A DNA stretch of 62,922 nt, the filler included, from Octopus bimaculoides (lineage: Eukaryota): assembly GCF_001194135.2 (NCBI RefSeq). It is 7 parts of 7 records of this genome, joined end to end, with 100 filler letters (N's around TTAATTAATTAA, not from the genome) between each part and the next. Parts side by side here need not be neighbours in the genome. Positions count along the whole stretch, not along the records: positions 15,976 to 30,761 come from NC_069009.1; positions 30,862 to 46,429 come from NC_068983.1; 5 more parts are not named here. One strand, written 5' to 3'. The notes below the pieces were generated by a model. It had not been told where the DNA came from. It saw nothing but the letters and a program-made list of their open reading frames with translations, and searched no databases. Both the position numbers and the translations under genes were made by a program. Shown here piece after piece: positions 26,039 to 39,159 of this stretch (position 1 is the first letter of the stretch; each line of letters starts with the position of its first letter).

Positions 26039-26339
26039 TATATGAACCAATGAGGGAGACCTTTACATGGTAGCTCAACCTGGTTGAAATAGCAGCTAAA
26101 TCTCCCTCAAGTCACACCCTACTGTATTTAATGTAATCCATTGTGATTACCAACTCCAGGCAGAGCAAAATGGGAACTGCTTACAAACTTGAGGCTGGTA
26201 ATTAACAATGGTTTAAATTTTTATTTTCTTCTGATGATCTGGGATTTTTAAGGTGGATTATACCATCAGAGCTGTAACAATTACAGCATAACACACTAGT
26301 ATATACAATAGAAACATATGTAAGGATAATGTGTAATTT

Positions 26340-26570
26340 TATTGGTTTGTCCGGAAAGTTTGTGCCGATTTTTAAAGGAAAGAAAAAGGTCAATAAATAC
26401 TTGCCATTACATTTTTAATCAACCAAATATGAACCATTTTGTTGCACAATGCGTCTCCATGTTTCCTTTAACTTGAAAATACCCTCTTCCCAGAATTGAG
26501 GTGGTTTCATGACAAATAAGTCAAAAGGTAAGCTACCTACTATAAATCGGCACAGACTTTCCAGACAACC
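26340..26570 (-). mobile_element. Mariner transposon 3' end with TIR
   Basis: Minus-strand 'FVMKPPQFWEEGIFKLKETWRRIVQQNGSYLVD*' matches the mariner C-terminus. TA plus a TTGGTTTGTCCGGAAAGTTTGTGCCGATTT TIR-like end at 26340-26371. Confidence 0.85.
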
Positions 26571-27279
26571 CAATATATATGCGCACTCACACACACACAC
26601 ACACACACATTATATGCTGATGTGTGTGTATACTGGTGTGTGTGTGTGTGTGTGTGTAACAGAGTAAGTGTGTGTGCATGTGTATGCTGGTGCGTGTGTG
26701 TACATATGCTGGTGTGTGTGTAACAGAGTAAGTGTGTGTTTAGGTGTGTGTGTGTGTGTGTATGCTGGTGCGTATGTGTACATATGCTGGTGTGTGTGTA
26801 TGTGTATTCTGGTGCATGTGTGTGTATGCTGGTGTGTGTGGGTGTATGTGTATGTTAGTGATAGAGAGAGAGAGAGAGAGAGAGAAAGAGTATATGTGTG
26901 AATTCGTGTGTGTGTGTGAGCATTTATCTGTCAGTGTGTTTGAGTACATATGTGTATATGCATTTGTTTTCGTGTGTGTATGTGTTGGTGTGTGTGTGTG
27001 TGTGTGTATGTGTATCTGTGTTTGCTTTGGTGTGTGTGTGTGTGTGTGTGTATGTGTGCATGTTTGTCTGTGTACGCCTGCATGTGTATGCATCTGCATG
27101 TGTGTGTACATATCTATGCATGGGCTTGTGTGTATGCGTATGTGCTTGCTTTGGTGCATGTGTGTGTGAGTGTTTGTGTTTGTGTGTGTATATCTGCCTC
27201 TGTGTGCATGTGTGTGAGCATATGCATGTCTTTGAGGCGTAAGCACTGACCACAGCTGTGTGAGGCTGCTTTAAAGCTA

Positions 27280-28210
27280 AGCTGCTGGTGATGGTGGAGG
27301 CGGCGGCAATGGTGGTGGTGGTGGCAGCGGTGGTGGTGGTGGTGGTGGTGATGGTAATGGTGGTGGTGATGGTGATGGTGGTGGTGGTGGTGNNNNNNNN
27401 NNNNNNNNNNNNNNNNNNNNNNNNNNNNNNNNNNNNNNNNNNNNNNNNNNNNNNNNNNNNNNNNNNNNNNNNNNNNNNNNNNNNNNNNNNNNNNNNNNNN
27501 NNNNNNNNNNNNNNNNNNNNNNNNNNNNNNNNNNNNNNNNNNNNNNNNNNNNNNNNNNNNNNNNNNNNNNNNNNNNNNNNNNNNNNNNNNNNNNNNNNNN
27601 NNNNNNNNNNNNNNNNNNNNNNNNNNNNNNNNNNNNNNNNNNNNNNNNNNNNNNNNNNNNNNNNNNNNNNNNNNNNNNNNNNNNNNNNNNNNNNNNNNNN
27701 NNNNNNNNNNNNNNNNNNNNNNNNNNNNNNNNNNNNNNNNNNNNNNNNNNNNNNNNNNNNNNNNNNNNNNNNNNNNNNNNNNNNNNNNNNNNNNNNNNNN
27801 NNNNNNNNNNNNNNNNNNNNNNNNNNNNNNNNNNNNNNNNNNNNNNNNNNNNNNNNNNNNNNNNNNGGTAACGGTGGTGATAGTGATGGTAATGGTGGTG
27901 GTGGTGGTGGTTTTGGTGGTAATGGTGATAATGGTGGTGGTTGTGGTGGTGGTGGTTTTGGTGGTAATAGTGGTAATGGTGGTGGTGGTGGTGGGGGCTG
28001 TAGTAATGGTGGTGGTAACGGTGGTGATAGTGATGGTAATGGTGGTGGTGGTGGTGGTTTTGGTGGTAATGGTGATAATGGTGGTGGTTGTGGTGGTGGT
28101 GGTTTTGGTGGTAATAGTGGTAGTGGTGGTGGTGGTTTTGGTGGTGGTGGTGGGGTTGTAGTAATGGTGGTGGTGATACTGGTAGTGGTTGTGGTGGTAT
28201 ATAAGTGGTA
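27280..28210. repeat. GGT-based triplet minisatellite with a 147-bp higher-order period, containing a gap
   Basis: The block starting ggtaacggtggtgatagtgatggt at 27867 recurs at 28014 and is identical for more than 100 bp. Confidence 0.85.
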
Positions 28211-28229
28211 ATTATCACCTAGTTGATAG

Positions 28230-28635
28230 AGAGGATAGTTGAGGGGTGGGGGAGAAGGTGAGGCAGTGTGAGGGTGTGTGTGAGTGTGTGACTGAATGTG
28301 TGTGTGTGGGTATACCTATGTGTGTGTGTGTGAAAGAGAGACAGACAGAGAGAGTGCATATGTGTGTGTGTGTGTGATACTCTGTGTATTTGTGTATGTG
28401 TGATAGAGAAGGATGGACAGACCAACTATGTGTATTTGTGTATGAGAGTGACACTGCGTGTGTGTGTGTGTGTGTGTGTTTGTGTGGTAGGGAGAGGGAG
28501 AGAGAGAGAGAGAGAGACTGTGTATGTATGTGTAAAAGAGTGATAGCGTGTATGCGCATATTTGTGTGAGAGAGAACGTGTATGTGTATATGTGACACAG
28601 TATGTGTGTGGTGTATTCATGAGAGAGAGAGAGAG

Positions 28636-28669
<34 letters not shown>

Positions 28670-28793
28670 TGTGTGTGTGTGTGTATGTGCATATGTGCTG
28701 TCTGTGTCTGTGAGACAGAGAAAAAGTGTTTGTGCAGGTGAGAAAGATAAAAAGAAACAAAGAAATGGGAAGAGAGAGAGAAATTTAGAGAAA

Positions 28794-28875
<82 letters not shown>

Positions 28876-28893
28876 TAGATATATGAGAGAGAG

Positions 28894-28926
<33 letters not shown>

Positions 28927-29371
28927 TTGAGCATACAGGAGAGAAATATAGATGAAGAGAGAATGAGGGAAAAAGATAAAGAGGGTAATAAAACAGAGAG
29001 AGAGAGAGTGTGTGTGTGTGTGTGTGAAAGAGAGAGAGAGTTATGTGGGAAAAGTGATAACATAAGAGAGAAAGAGAGTGCAAGAAAGAGAGAGAGTAAA
29101 AGAAATAGAAAATGGTTAAGAAAATAGACAATGAATGAGTGATAAATAGATAGATAGAGAGAGAAGTGGGAACAGAGGCAGATAGATAGAGAGGCAGGTA
29201 AAGAGGAAAAGAGACAGGTAGAAATAAAGACTAACAGACAGAGAGATAAATAGGCAGAAAGAGAGATGTAGACAGGCACACAGATAGATAGATAGGTAGA
29301 TAGATAAACAGACAGAGAGTTAGATAGATAGATAGATAGATAGATACATAGATAGATGAAGAGATAGATAG

Positions 29372-29425
<54 letters not shown>

Positions 29426-29503
29426 AGGCAAACAGACAAAAAGACAGACAGACCAGCAGATAAATAGATAGCTAGAGTTCAACAGAAATAGATAGATAAA
29501 TAG

Positions 29504-29536
<33 letters not shown>

Positions 29537-29850
29537 AAGAGAGACAGACAAATGGATAGGTAGATATATAGGTAGATAGACAGATAGATAGACAGGCAGA
29601 TAGCTAGATAGACAGATAGCTAACTAGCAAGGTAGCTAGAGAGAAAAATACGTAGATAGAGAGAGAGACAGGTAGATACATAGACAGATAGACAGACAGC
29701 TATATAGAGAGGGAGATAGATACATAGATAGATGGACTAGACAGAGAGAGAAAGAGAGATACAGATATAGATAGCGAGAGAAATAGAGAGAGAGATTGAT
29801 AGATAGATACAGAGAGAGGGCGAGAGAGAGAGAGAGAGAGAAATAAATTG
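28230..29850. repeat. Long compound GT/GA/GATA/GACA purine-rich microsatellite field
   Basis: Direct reading. Confidence 0.9.
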
Positions 29851-30142
29851 ATGTGTTGGCATTTGAAATTCTCAACCAAATGTTGAATGCAGTTGTCACT
29901 TTGGAGTGGGGATTGAGTTTTGTGAAAACTGTCGAATATTCTGAGAAGCTGGTGCCAATGTTACCTAATTAGTATTCATAACGAATGTATTAATTAGTTT
30001 TAAGTTTGGCAGCAAATGTTAACATGTTAAATGGAAAAGGAAAAATTGGGGAGAGAGACCTGTCTTACACCATAACACAAATCAATTTTAATTTTGTATC
30101 ACAACTAATAAAGCACGTTTGCTGTATACACTCTGTATGCAA

Positions 30143-30180
<38 letters not shown>

Positions 30181-30284
30181 CACAATCACTACCCATTAAT
30201 GTAACGTAATTATACACACATACACATCACAGACCTTCCCGAAACAATCGTGAGCCAATAAAAAACATCTCTTGGCGTACAATG

Positions 30285-30474
30285 CACATGGTTCTGGGTT
30301 CAGTCCCACGATGTAGCACCTTGGGCAAGTATCTTCTAATATAGCCTCAGGCCGACCAAAGCCTTGTGAGTGGATTTGGTAGATGGAAACTGAAAGAAGC
30401 TTGTTTTGTGTGTGTGTATCTGTGTATATACATACATATATATAAATATACATATATATAAATATACATCATAC

Positions 30475-30542
<68 letters not shown>

Positions 30543-30726
30543 TTATACATGTATGCATGTATACATATAGGTGCAGGCCTGGCTGTGTGGTAAGAAGCTT
30601 GCTTCCCAACCACATGGTTCTGGTTTCAGTCCTATTGCATGGCACCTGTGGTAAGTATATCCTGCTGTAGCCCTGGGAAGATCAGAGCCTTGTAAGTGGA
30701 CTTGGTAGACAGAAACAGAAAGAAGT

Positions 30727-30761
<35 letters not shown>

Positions 30762-30971
30762 NNNNNNNNNNNNNNNNNNNNNNNNNNNNNNNNNNNNNNN
30801 NNNNNTTAATTAATTAANNNNNNNNNNNNNNNNNNNNNNNNNNNNNNNNNNNNNNNNNNNNAACGTATAAAAGAATAAAGCATACGAAATATCATAAGCA
30901 GCCCTAAGGCGGTGATTCAGCATGGCCACAGCCTCAGGGCTGAAACGTATAAAAGAACAAAGCATACCATA

Positions 30972-31009
<38 letters not shown>

Positions 31010-31790
31010 GGCGTGGCTGTGTGTTAAGAACTTGCTTCTCAACCACATGATTCCGGGTTCAGTCCCACTGCGTGGCACCTTGGGTAAGTGTCTTCTACTA
31101 TAGCGTCGGGCCGACCAAAGCCTTGTGAGTGGATCTGGTAGACGGAAACTGGAAGAAGCCCATCGTATATATATATATGTGTGTGTGTGTATGTATGTAT
31201 GTGTCTGTATTTGTCCCCCCGCCATCGCTAGGCAACCGATGCTGGTGCGTTTATGTTCCCGTAACTTAGCGAAAGAGACCGCTAGAATAAGTACTATGCT
31301 CCAAAAGAAAAAAAGTCCTGGGGTCGATTTCTTCGACTAACACCCTTTAAGGTGGTGCTCCAGCATGGCCACAGTAAAATGACTGAAACAAGTAAGAGTA
31401 AAAGAATAGCACCGCCTTTAGTCGAACAAATCGACCCCATGACTTATTCTTTGTAAGCCTAGTACTTATTTTCTCGTTCTCTTTAGTCGAACCGCTATAT
31501 TACGGGGATATAAACACACCAACATCTATAATATTTCATCTAGAATTTAAAGGAGAGCTATTAAGTAAAATACTTTATAACATTGATTATATATATAAAT
31601 ATATATGCAAACACACACACACGACGGGCTTTTTTCAGTTTCATTCTACTAAATCCACCCACAAGGGTTTTGCTCTGCCCTGTGCCATAGTGGAAACCAC
31701 TTGCCCATGGTGCCAAGCAGTGAGACAGAACCCAGAACCATGTGGTTGGAAAGCAAACTTCTTATCACACAGCCACGCATACAGGCAGGG
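30285..31790. mobile_element. Dense cluster of family A SINE copies (full plus copy 31010-31405, 5' halves at 30285 and 30570, minus pieces at 31410-31525 and 31620-31790)
   Basis: Repeated family A head and tail motifs in both orientations. Confidence 0.85.
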
Positions 31791-32053
31791 AGACAGCAAG
31801 GCCGCAGTCTAATAACTGAAACAATATATACACATGTACACATATGTCAGCAATGAAAGGCACTGAGTGTGTGTGTGTGTACACACACAAATGTATATAT
31901 GAGTATGTGTGTGTATTATATATATAATCAATGGTGCGAGTATTACCAATTGGTTGATAACTGATAAAGAATTAGGGGAACTCCTTTGTTTGTCTCCCGT
32001 CCAGTTATACACTTAGTATACGTTATGTCGTTTGTTTATTTACCATACATTTT

Positions 32054-32092
<39 letters not shown>

Positions 32093-32190
32093 NNNNNNNN
32101 NNNNNNNNNNNNNNNNNNNNNNNNNNNNNNNNNNNNNNNNNNNNNNNNNNNNNNNNNNNNNNNNNNNNNNNNNNNNNNNNNNNNNNNNNN

Positions 32191-33236
32191 GGTGAATGCT
32201 GCCATAATCCTTGCCTTCAGTTTCATATTTGTTGTATAAGTTTTGTTGGTCTCGCTCAACGGCACCCCACACATAATAATCAAGAGGGTTGCAGTCTGGG
32301 AAGTTAGGTGGCCAGAAATTGTCTGACAGCCATGACTGGGTTCTCCTGCTTGTGTGGCATGGTGTCGAGTCCTGTTGCCAGACATAGAGTCTTCCAGCAG
32401 CCACCCTCTTGACCCAAGGCAGCACTGCTTCCTCCAGGAACTTGATGTAGGCTTCTGTGTTGAGTCTGAGGCCGTGTGGGAAGATGAATGGAGGCATTAC
32501 GTCGCAATCACTAGTGATCACTTCAAACACCATGATATTTGATTTTTATCCCTCTTGGTACATGTTTGAGGACACGGCAAGCCAACGGTTGTTCTGTGTA
32601 TTCACCATCTAATCCTAGCACGAATTTATCTCGTCTGAGAAAAACCAAAGCATGTTCGGTTGGAGGGGATGCTGAAGTTTTTTCAAAAGTTTCGTAGCGC
32701 GGTCTTTCCTCTTGTCCTTGACGGCTTGGGGTAAAAATTGACCTTTTCTCAACTTATATGAGGAATACCGAATGTCTTCATGCACTACCTGCCTGATAAG
32801 AAACTCGGACACTCCCATGTCCCTGGCGATGGACCTGATTGACTTAGGAGTGGGGGTCGTTGTCAACCATGGCCTAGATCTCACCAACAAATTCAAGATT
32901 TCTTTTCTTATCAGAACGATCAGAGAGAGTTTTCCGAGCTGCTGTACCTTCGTAAACACTACTAAACTCATCCAACTCTTTCCGAATCCTCTGTACTGTC
33001 CTCAGATTGACATCCAAACACTCTGAAATGTTCGCGTTGGAGCTTCCGGCATGAATGTCAAGCAGTGCAGCATGTTTACAAATTTCTGGCAGAGTGAATT
33101 GCGTCATGGTGCTGTTTTCTTCACAGACGATGCTCAACTGACCGTACTATACTGTGTAGTCGACAAAATCAAAAACAATACGCATGCGCGAAATAAACAA
33201 AACATAAATTGGCGACAATTTACCCATCGCACTCTG
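32191..33236 (-). mobile_element. Degenerate maT-like (DD37D) Tc1/mariner transposon with 5' TIR
   Basis: Frameshifted transposase: HTH 'NANISECLDVNLRTVQRIRKEL', 'SIRSIARDMGVSEFLIRQVVHEDI', 'WFFSDE', 'VWQQDSTPCH', 'WPPNFPDCNPLDYYVWG'. TIR-like gacaatttacccatcgcactctg at 33214-33236. Confidence 0.9.
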
Positions 33237-34023
33237 TGTATGTGTATGTATATATACCTTAACATTGCTTGGAGACACAAGGCGTGTTATAAAAACCTGC
33301 CTAGACCCGCGCCTCCAATGCAAAACATTAGCAGCTAGTATCTTCATTCTGTGTACATTAAATGGTATTATCTCTTATTGGCTGAAGTACTTTTTTGTTG
33401 ACCACACACACACACACATATACACAGCTGCATGTGTGTGACAAATGTATTTATATACATCATATTATACCATATACAGAAATCAATAATAGCATAAGTG
33501 GGCGAAAATTCTAAAGACATGCACTCTTAATTTCCAGGTAGATTCAGTGTGACATCGACAAAACAGCCCTTTGAATTTCATTGACAATCTATCCAAAATT
33601 CTACGAACCCAATTTAAAGTCATATGACAAGGGGCGACATGAGGCTATTTTCCTATCATTAGGATAGAGTACGGTTGAAACTAAGACCGTACATTTCAGA
33701 AGAAAACTAACTTGTAAAACATCTGGCGTATATATTCCTCCCTGGATGGGACACCGTTCCAACGAGAAATGAAAGGTTTTGCTCAAGAACACAACGCATC
33801 GCTCTGTTCAGGAATCGAAACCACAATCATACAATGATGAGTTCAACACCCTATCCACTAAGCCACGCACCTCTATACACGTATAAATATATGGCGAAGT
33901 TAAGGAATACGTACACCCAGTGGTTAGGGTTGGGAGTTACTCCGAAAACGGGCGGTGTGCGTATTCTTTACCTCAGCCTAAATATATGTACATATTCATA
34001 TTCTTAAAAACGTGTGTATGCAC

Positions 34024-34058
<35 letters not shown>

Positions 34059-34359
34059 TCATCATTTAACATCCGCTTTCCACGTAGACTGGACGATTTA
34101 ACAGGAGCTGGTAAGCCAGAGGACTGCGCCAAAGTCTGTCAGCTTTGGCATGGCTTCTACATGGCCCTTACTAATGCTATTACGGACGCAGACACATATA
34201 TACAAGTACATACACTATATGCATGCACAAACACGTGTCAGCCTATAACTCCCTGCTTATGTTGACCTCATCATGACTGAAAGGATTCTACCATGTGCTG
34301 CAATTGTCCTGTGCTAATAATAGTCAATATATCTCAGTTTATAATTTACTCGTCTTATA

Positions 34360-34710
34360 CGTGTTTCAGTTATCAGGCTGCAGCCATGCTGGGGCACTGC
34401 CTTGAAGAATTTTAGTTGAACCAATCAACCTCAGTATTTATTCTTTGTAAGCTTGGTACTTATTCTATCGCTCTCTTTTGCCCAGCTGCTTAAATAATGG
34501 GAACGTAAACACTCCAACACTGGTTGTCAAACACACTATATACACACACAGGGTAGACTTCTTTCAGTTTCCATCTAGCAAATCCACCCACAAGGCTTTG
34601 GTTGGTCGCCCAAGGTCATAGTAGAAGACATCTGCCCAAAGTACCACGCGGTGGGACTGGGCCCAGAACCATGTGCTTCGGAAGCAAACTTCTAACCATA
34701 TAGTCGCCCC
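34360..34710 (-). mobile_element. Family A SINE, full length, minus strand
   Basis: Reverse complement of family A from tail (gtttcagttatcaggctgcagccatgctgg) to head (gaagcaaacttctaaccata). Confidence 0.85.
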
Positions 34711-34719
34711 TGCGCCTAT

Positions 34720-35545
34720 ACATCATCATCACCACTAAACGTTCGTCTTCCATGCAGGCATGGAATGGACGGTTTGACAGGAAATGGAGTCGCACGAGGT
34801 TCCGTTGTCTGTTTTAGCAGGGTTTCTACACTTGGATGCCTTCCTAACGCCAACCACTTAACAGAGTGTAATGCATGCTTTTATGTGGCACCATCACCAG
34901 TGTTTTTTTACGTGACACTAGCACCGACAGGCTCATCCAGTACCTCGGAAGGCAAAAACCCGCAATAACTGGGAAGGGGTGTAATATTGAGACGGTATGG
35001 CACTATGCCAGTTGAGAGATTTAAGGTATAGAAAGGACAAGTATAGGTGTCTTGCTGTTGAGTAGAAAGGTGAGTGAATTGGAGAGTAATACAAAGAGAG
35101 TGACAGAGAGATGATGGCAGAGCTGCGTTGGGACATGCCCTCAAGGGACATTGGGGGTGGTGAGAAAAGGTGAGAAGATATGGAGGTTTGCGTTGGATGA
35201 GTGGGCAGGAAGGGGTGACTGTAGCAAATGGAGAGAAATATATACGAGGGGGGGGATGCAGAGGTTCCAGTAGATATGAGGGCATTAAGGGTGATAGTAG
35301 GTAAGCGAAGAGTTGATGATGGAGAGTAGTACAGGGAAGGGAGAGAAGGTGCAGAGAGGAGGTGATTGAAGATAGTAGGCAGGGGGAAGAAAGGTAACTG
35401 GGGAGGGGGAATGGTAAATAAGAAAGTGAAAGGGAGTAGTATGTGCCTGCTCTGATAGAGGAAGTGATGGGAGTTATGGGTTGAAATGTGGGTGGGGGAG
35501 AAGGTTGATGGAGCAGAGTCCCTCGTGGGTCGCATATGCACATAT
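34720..35545 (-). mobile_element. Retroposon with RTE-type 3' tail, minus strand
   Basis: catcatcat..cgttcgtcttccatgc.ggcatgg..tggacg and tttctac..tggatgccttcctaacgccaacc (reverse of GGTTGGCGTTAGGAAGGCATCC). Related fragments at about 34050-34190, 37020-37110 and 39790-39880. Confidence 0.7.
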
Positions 35546-36198
35546 ACACATACACACACGTGTGTGTGTGTATATATATATACACATGTATTCATATGAG
35601 TGTGTGCCCTGAAGAATCCTTTCTGTTATAGGCACAAGGTCTAAAATTTGGGGGAGAAAGGGTTAGTCGTTTATATCGACCCTTGTGGTCAACTGGTATT
35701 TATTTTATCAATCCCAAAAAGGATGAAAGGCCAAGTCAACATTCTTCATTTTGAAATATTTGATTACCTTCAGTGTTGAAGCTTGTTAAAAGTACTCAAG
35801 GCCCTTGAGTTTCAGGAAGTTTTACTTACTATTAGCAACATAGGCCTCATGGTACTGGAGTCATTAGCCTCCTTCCATTGTGTGCCATCAATGGAACAGA
35901 TAGGCAAGTGGATTTTCATTTCTCATTGATGATCATATCGTCTTCTTTGCTGTGAGAAACAGACTTTGGCAGCAGTACATTAAAGGGATATTAACGAGTC
36001 TTGTGCTTCACAAATAGTGGAAGAGTTGTGAGGGTAAGATAATTGGCATAGTCATGGTCAGAGAGATACAGGCTCAACTTCTGTTTGATAGTGAGGACAT
36101 TATCTTGGATAGTGTCAAGACTTTGCTGAAGGCAATGGTCCAGAACAATCAGAAAAAGAAGAAAGCTCCTCACAGGATTCCTGTTGGAATGTTTTTAT

Positions 36199-36252
<54 letters not shown>

Positions 36253-36831
36253 CGTTGCTTTTATGTTAAACTGTCGTATGTCCAGATTTGGCCAAATGGG
36301 TTGTTTTTCATGATTTAATTTCGCTTACAATAGCCGGTTCTTTTGATCAGACTATTGTATCTCCAGTTGCTTCAGATGAAAATTGTCGAAGTGTAGTGCA
36401 ACGACGGTTTAGCATTTTTCAAAAGTGTAGTCAGCCTTACATACGACTTTTGCAAAAATATTTCTGACTGAAAATATTATACATGCATGGGGTTACGATT
36501 TTATGAACCCATCAAAGTATCGTAGTTAAGCTATTATTGNNNNNNNNNNNNNNNNNNNNNNNNNNNNNNNNNNNNNNNNNNNNNNNNNNNNNNNNNNNNN
36601 NNNNNACTTACGACACTTTTGCATAATAACAACGATATGTATATATAGAGAGAAGTGTGGTTAAGAGGTTTCTTTCCCAATGACATAGCTTTGAGTTCAG
36701 ATTTACAGCACAGCACCTTGAGTAAATGTCTTCTACTAAAGCCCAAAGCTGACTAAGTCTTTGTGAGTGGATTTGGTAGATGAAAACTGAAAGTAAAATC
36801 ATTATATATAGATACACACTCATTACACACA

Positions 36832-36872
<41 letters not shown>

Positions 36873-38358
36873 ACGCGCACCTGCGTTTGTTTATATGTTT
36901 CTGGCTTCAACAAGAAGTTGCAACGTATGAGCAGTGTCGTTGTCACCAGTTCTCTTGTTATTAACAAACCTGCTCACTTTGAAGCAGTATGAATTAAGAG
37001 ATCCCATAACTGAAAAACAGCTAAGGCTAAGCAACAAAAAGGGCATCCAGCCACAGAACAATGCCTCAGTAACACATATGTCTAATCTATCCTTGCAAGG
37101 AAAATGAACATAAGGCGATTGAAAAATATACTAACACACATACACACACACACGTTTGGTCTGATAACAATTTTTCTACTTGACATTCTTATTTATATAC
37201 ATACATAATACATATATTTCGTTTTGGGATTTGGTTTGCAAGATTTTTTATGTGATTTCGTGTGTTGAAGCATATTCTGTTGTGTCTGGGGAGAGCCATT
37301 TTCTTATTGTGCCTTAAAATTTAACACACTCACCGGTAAAATTTCCACTTATTTCTTATTTTTATTTTCCTAAAATTTTCGTTGCGTCTTGCAACCTTTT
37401 CAATAGTCTTGACTATATATATATATATACTGGCATGAAATATATTTTATCCAGTGAGATTCTCAACTGCAGGTGAATGACAATCTTAAGACAAATTAAC
37501 AAGGTATAATGATGATGGAAACAATTGTGTTTTATTTCTTATTCCCTACAAGGAAAAAGTTATATAAACACCATGGAACATGTTATTAGACAGTATTCTA
37601 CCATTTTTTTTTTCTGTTACGATCCATCTTTATAAAATACTAATAAGAATATGTCAGACCCTAACAGAATTTTGGGGAAGGTAGAATAGATTTAATGAAG
37701 CCAATATGCCACTGGTACATATTTTGATGGTTTTAATACTATTTGAACACAGAATGCAAAGAATTAATTAAATCCAGCTGAAAGTGTAAAATCCCTATCT
37801 ATCACTAGTTCACTGAAGTTACCTGTAAAAAAAAAATTCAACTAGTCAACAACGCCACTATTGCTGTTGTACTGCTGTCTTCCATGACCTACAAACTATT
37901 CTTAGATACCTTTTCATTGATCAACATTGAATGTAATGGTGATTCATCATTATTGTAACATTAATTTTTTTTTTTTCCATGCTGGCATGTGCTGGATACT
38001 GCAATATTGAATATCTTCATTTGTTTTGCTTTGTTTTATGATTTCACTTCAGCAATTTTTTACCCATATATCATCTCTAATAAGGTAACAGGCATGTAAT
38101 TTGGGACTCACTCCCACTATATGGACATAGTTGGCTAGTGTACTCTACTATAAACACAGGCTGAAGTGTGTGTGCGCAGGTACACCCAAGTGTATTATTC
38201 TCTTGTTATGACATGTATGCAAATAGCTGTAGACATAAGTGTCACTGTTCATTCAGTTTTGTTTGCAATTGTCTATGAAAGCATATCCAGGATGTTTGTT
38301 GTTTGACTGAGTAGGGGAGGGGGACAGGAAAGGTTGCTTGGAAACAGGAGAGGGTTAG

Positions 38359-39159
38359 GGATCTATTTTAAAACGGGGGCGCCAGTATTTTCTTAACGAA
38401 ACACTTTGAAACTTGGGACACTGGTAGAATGTGTCATATAAAACATCTTTTACTCTTAGTCTTCTTAACAAAAAAAAAGGAATTCGCAAGTTATTCCATG
38501 TTAAAGTTGTCGTATTTCTGTAATTTCAACCAATCACTGACGTCTATTCAGCTCAATAGAGTTACTGCTGGGCGGTCATAAAAATGTTATTCCCTGTGAC
38601 ATATTTCATCCGGTTTAATCGTAATTTATACGCATATATTGTTTATATAATAAATTACGCTGTGCGTATCTATGTGTGTANNNNNNNNNNNNNNNNNNNN
38701 NNNNNNNNNNNNNNNNNNNNNNNNNNNNNNNNNNNNNNNNNNNNNNNNNNNNNNNNNNNNNNNNNNNNNNNNNNNNNNNNNNNNNNNNNNNNNNNNNNNN
38801 NNNNNNNNNNNNNNNNNNNNNNNNNNNNNNNNNNNNNNNNNNNNNNNNNTAGAGTTAGGGTTAGTTTTAGAGTTAGGGTTACGGTTACGGTTAACAGTCT
38901 AGTTAGGGTTAGGGTTAGGGGATTAATACGATATACACCGTTACAGCGCTAACTGTTTTCAACTGAATAGACGTCAGTTATTAGTAGAAATTATCGAAAT
39001 AAGACAATTTTTTTTACATGAAATAAATTCGAATACAAAAATATTTTTCTGTTCTATAACACAAAATAGATAAGTATACGAAGTTTGAAAGTCTTTCCGT
39101 ACCAAAAACACGACATAAAACATAAATGAAAACTGGCGCCCCCGTTTTAAAATAGATCC
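38359..39159. mobile_element. Non-autonomous DNA transposon (MITE): perfect 28-bp TIRs, 9-bp TSD, internal TTAGGG-like repeats; Merlin- or MULE-like
   Basis: TIR GGATCTATTTTAAAACGGGGGCGCCAGT at 38359-38386 with exact reverse complement at 39132-39159. TSD GAGGGTTAG at 38350-38358 and 39160-39168. Internal inverted repeats at 38507-38553 and 38961-39007. Confidence 0.92.

Larger units (their letters stand above)
25038..26130 (+). repeat. Four diverged copies of a ~70-85-bp unit interleaved with SINEs
   Basis: (tgagccaatga.ggagacc..ta.atggt.)gct..acctg.t.gaaatagcagc.aaat.t..ctcaa at about 25038, 25441, 25549 and 26043. Confidence 0.75.

Noticed and set aside
27277-28218. His-rich or Pro-rich protein on the minus strand
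   Set aside because: It is the reverse reading of a GGT/GAT triplet minisatellite spanning a gap, with no gene-structure support.
35760-36530. piggyBac transposase N-terminal remnant ('DGTQWKE') with a TTAA end
   Set aside because: Only one short motif, and I could not pair TIRs. Too weak to call.
37370-37415. Hammerhead-like hairpin on the minus strand (CTATTGAAAAGGTTGC-AAGAC-GCAAC-GAAA)
   Set aside because: The core reads CUAUUGA and lacks the essential G5 and A6. No stem I or III was found.
37760-37822. Strong minus-strand acceptor (T-run followed by ACAG) as exon 2 of the candidate gene
   Set aside because: The phase-1 frame stops after about 19 codons inside sequence repeated near 42110, and there is no donor. 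It cannot be distinguished from chance.
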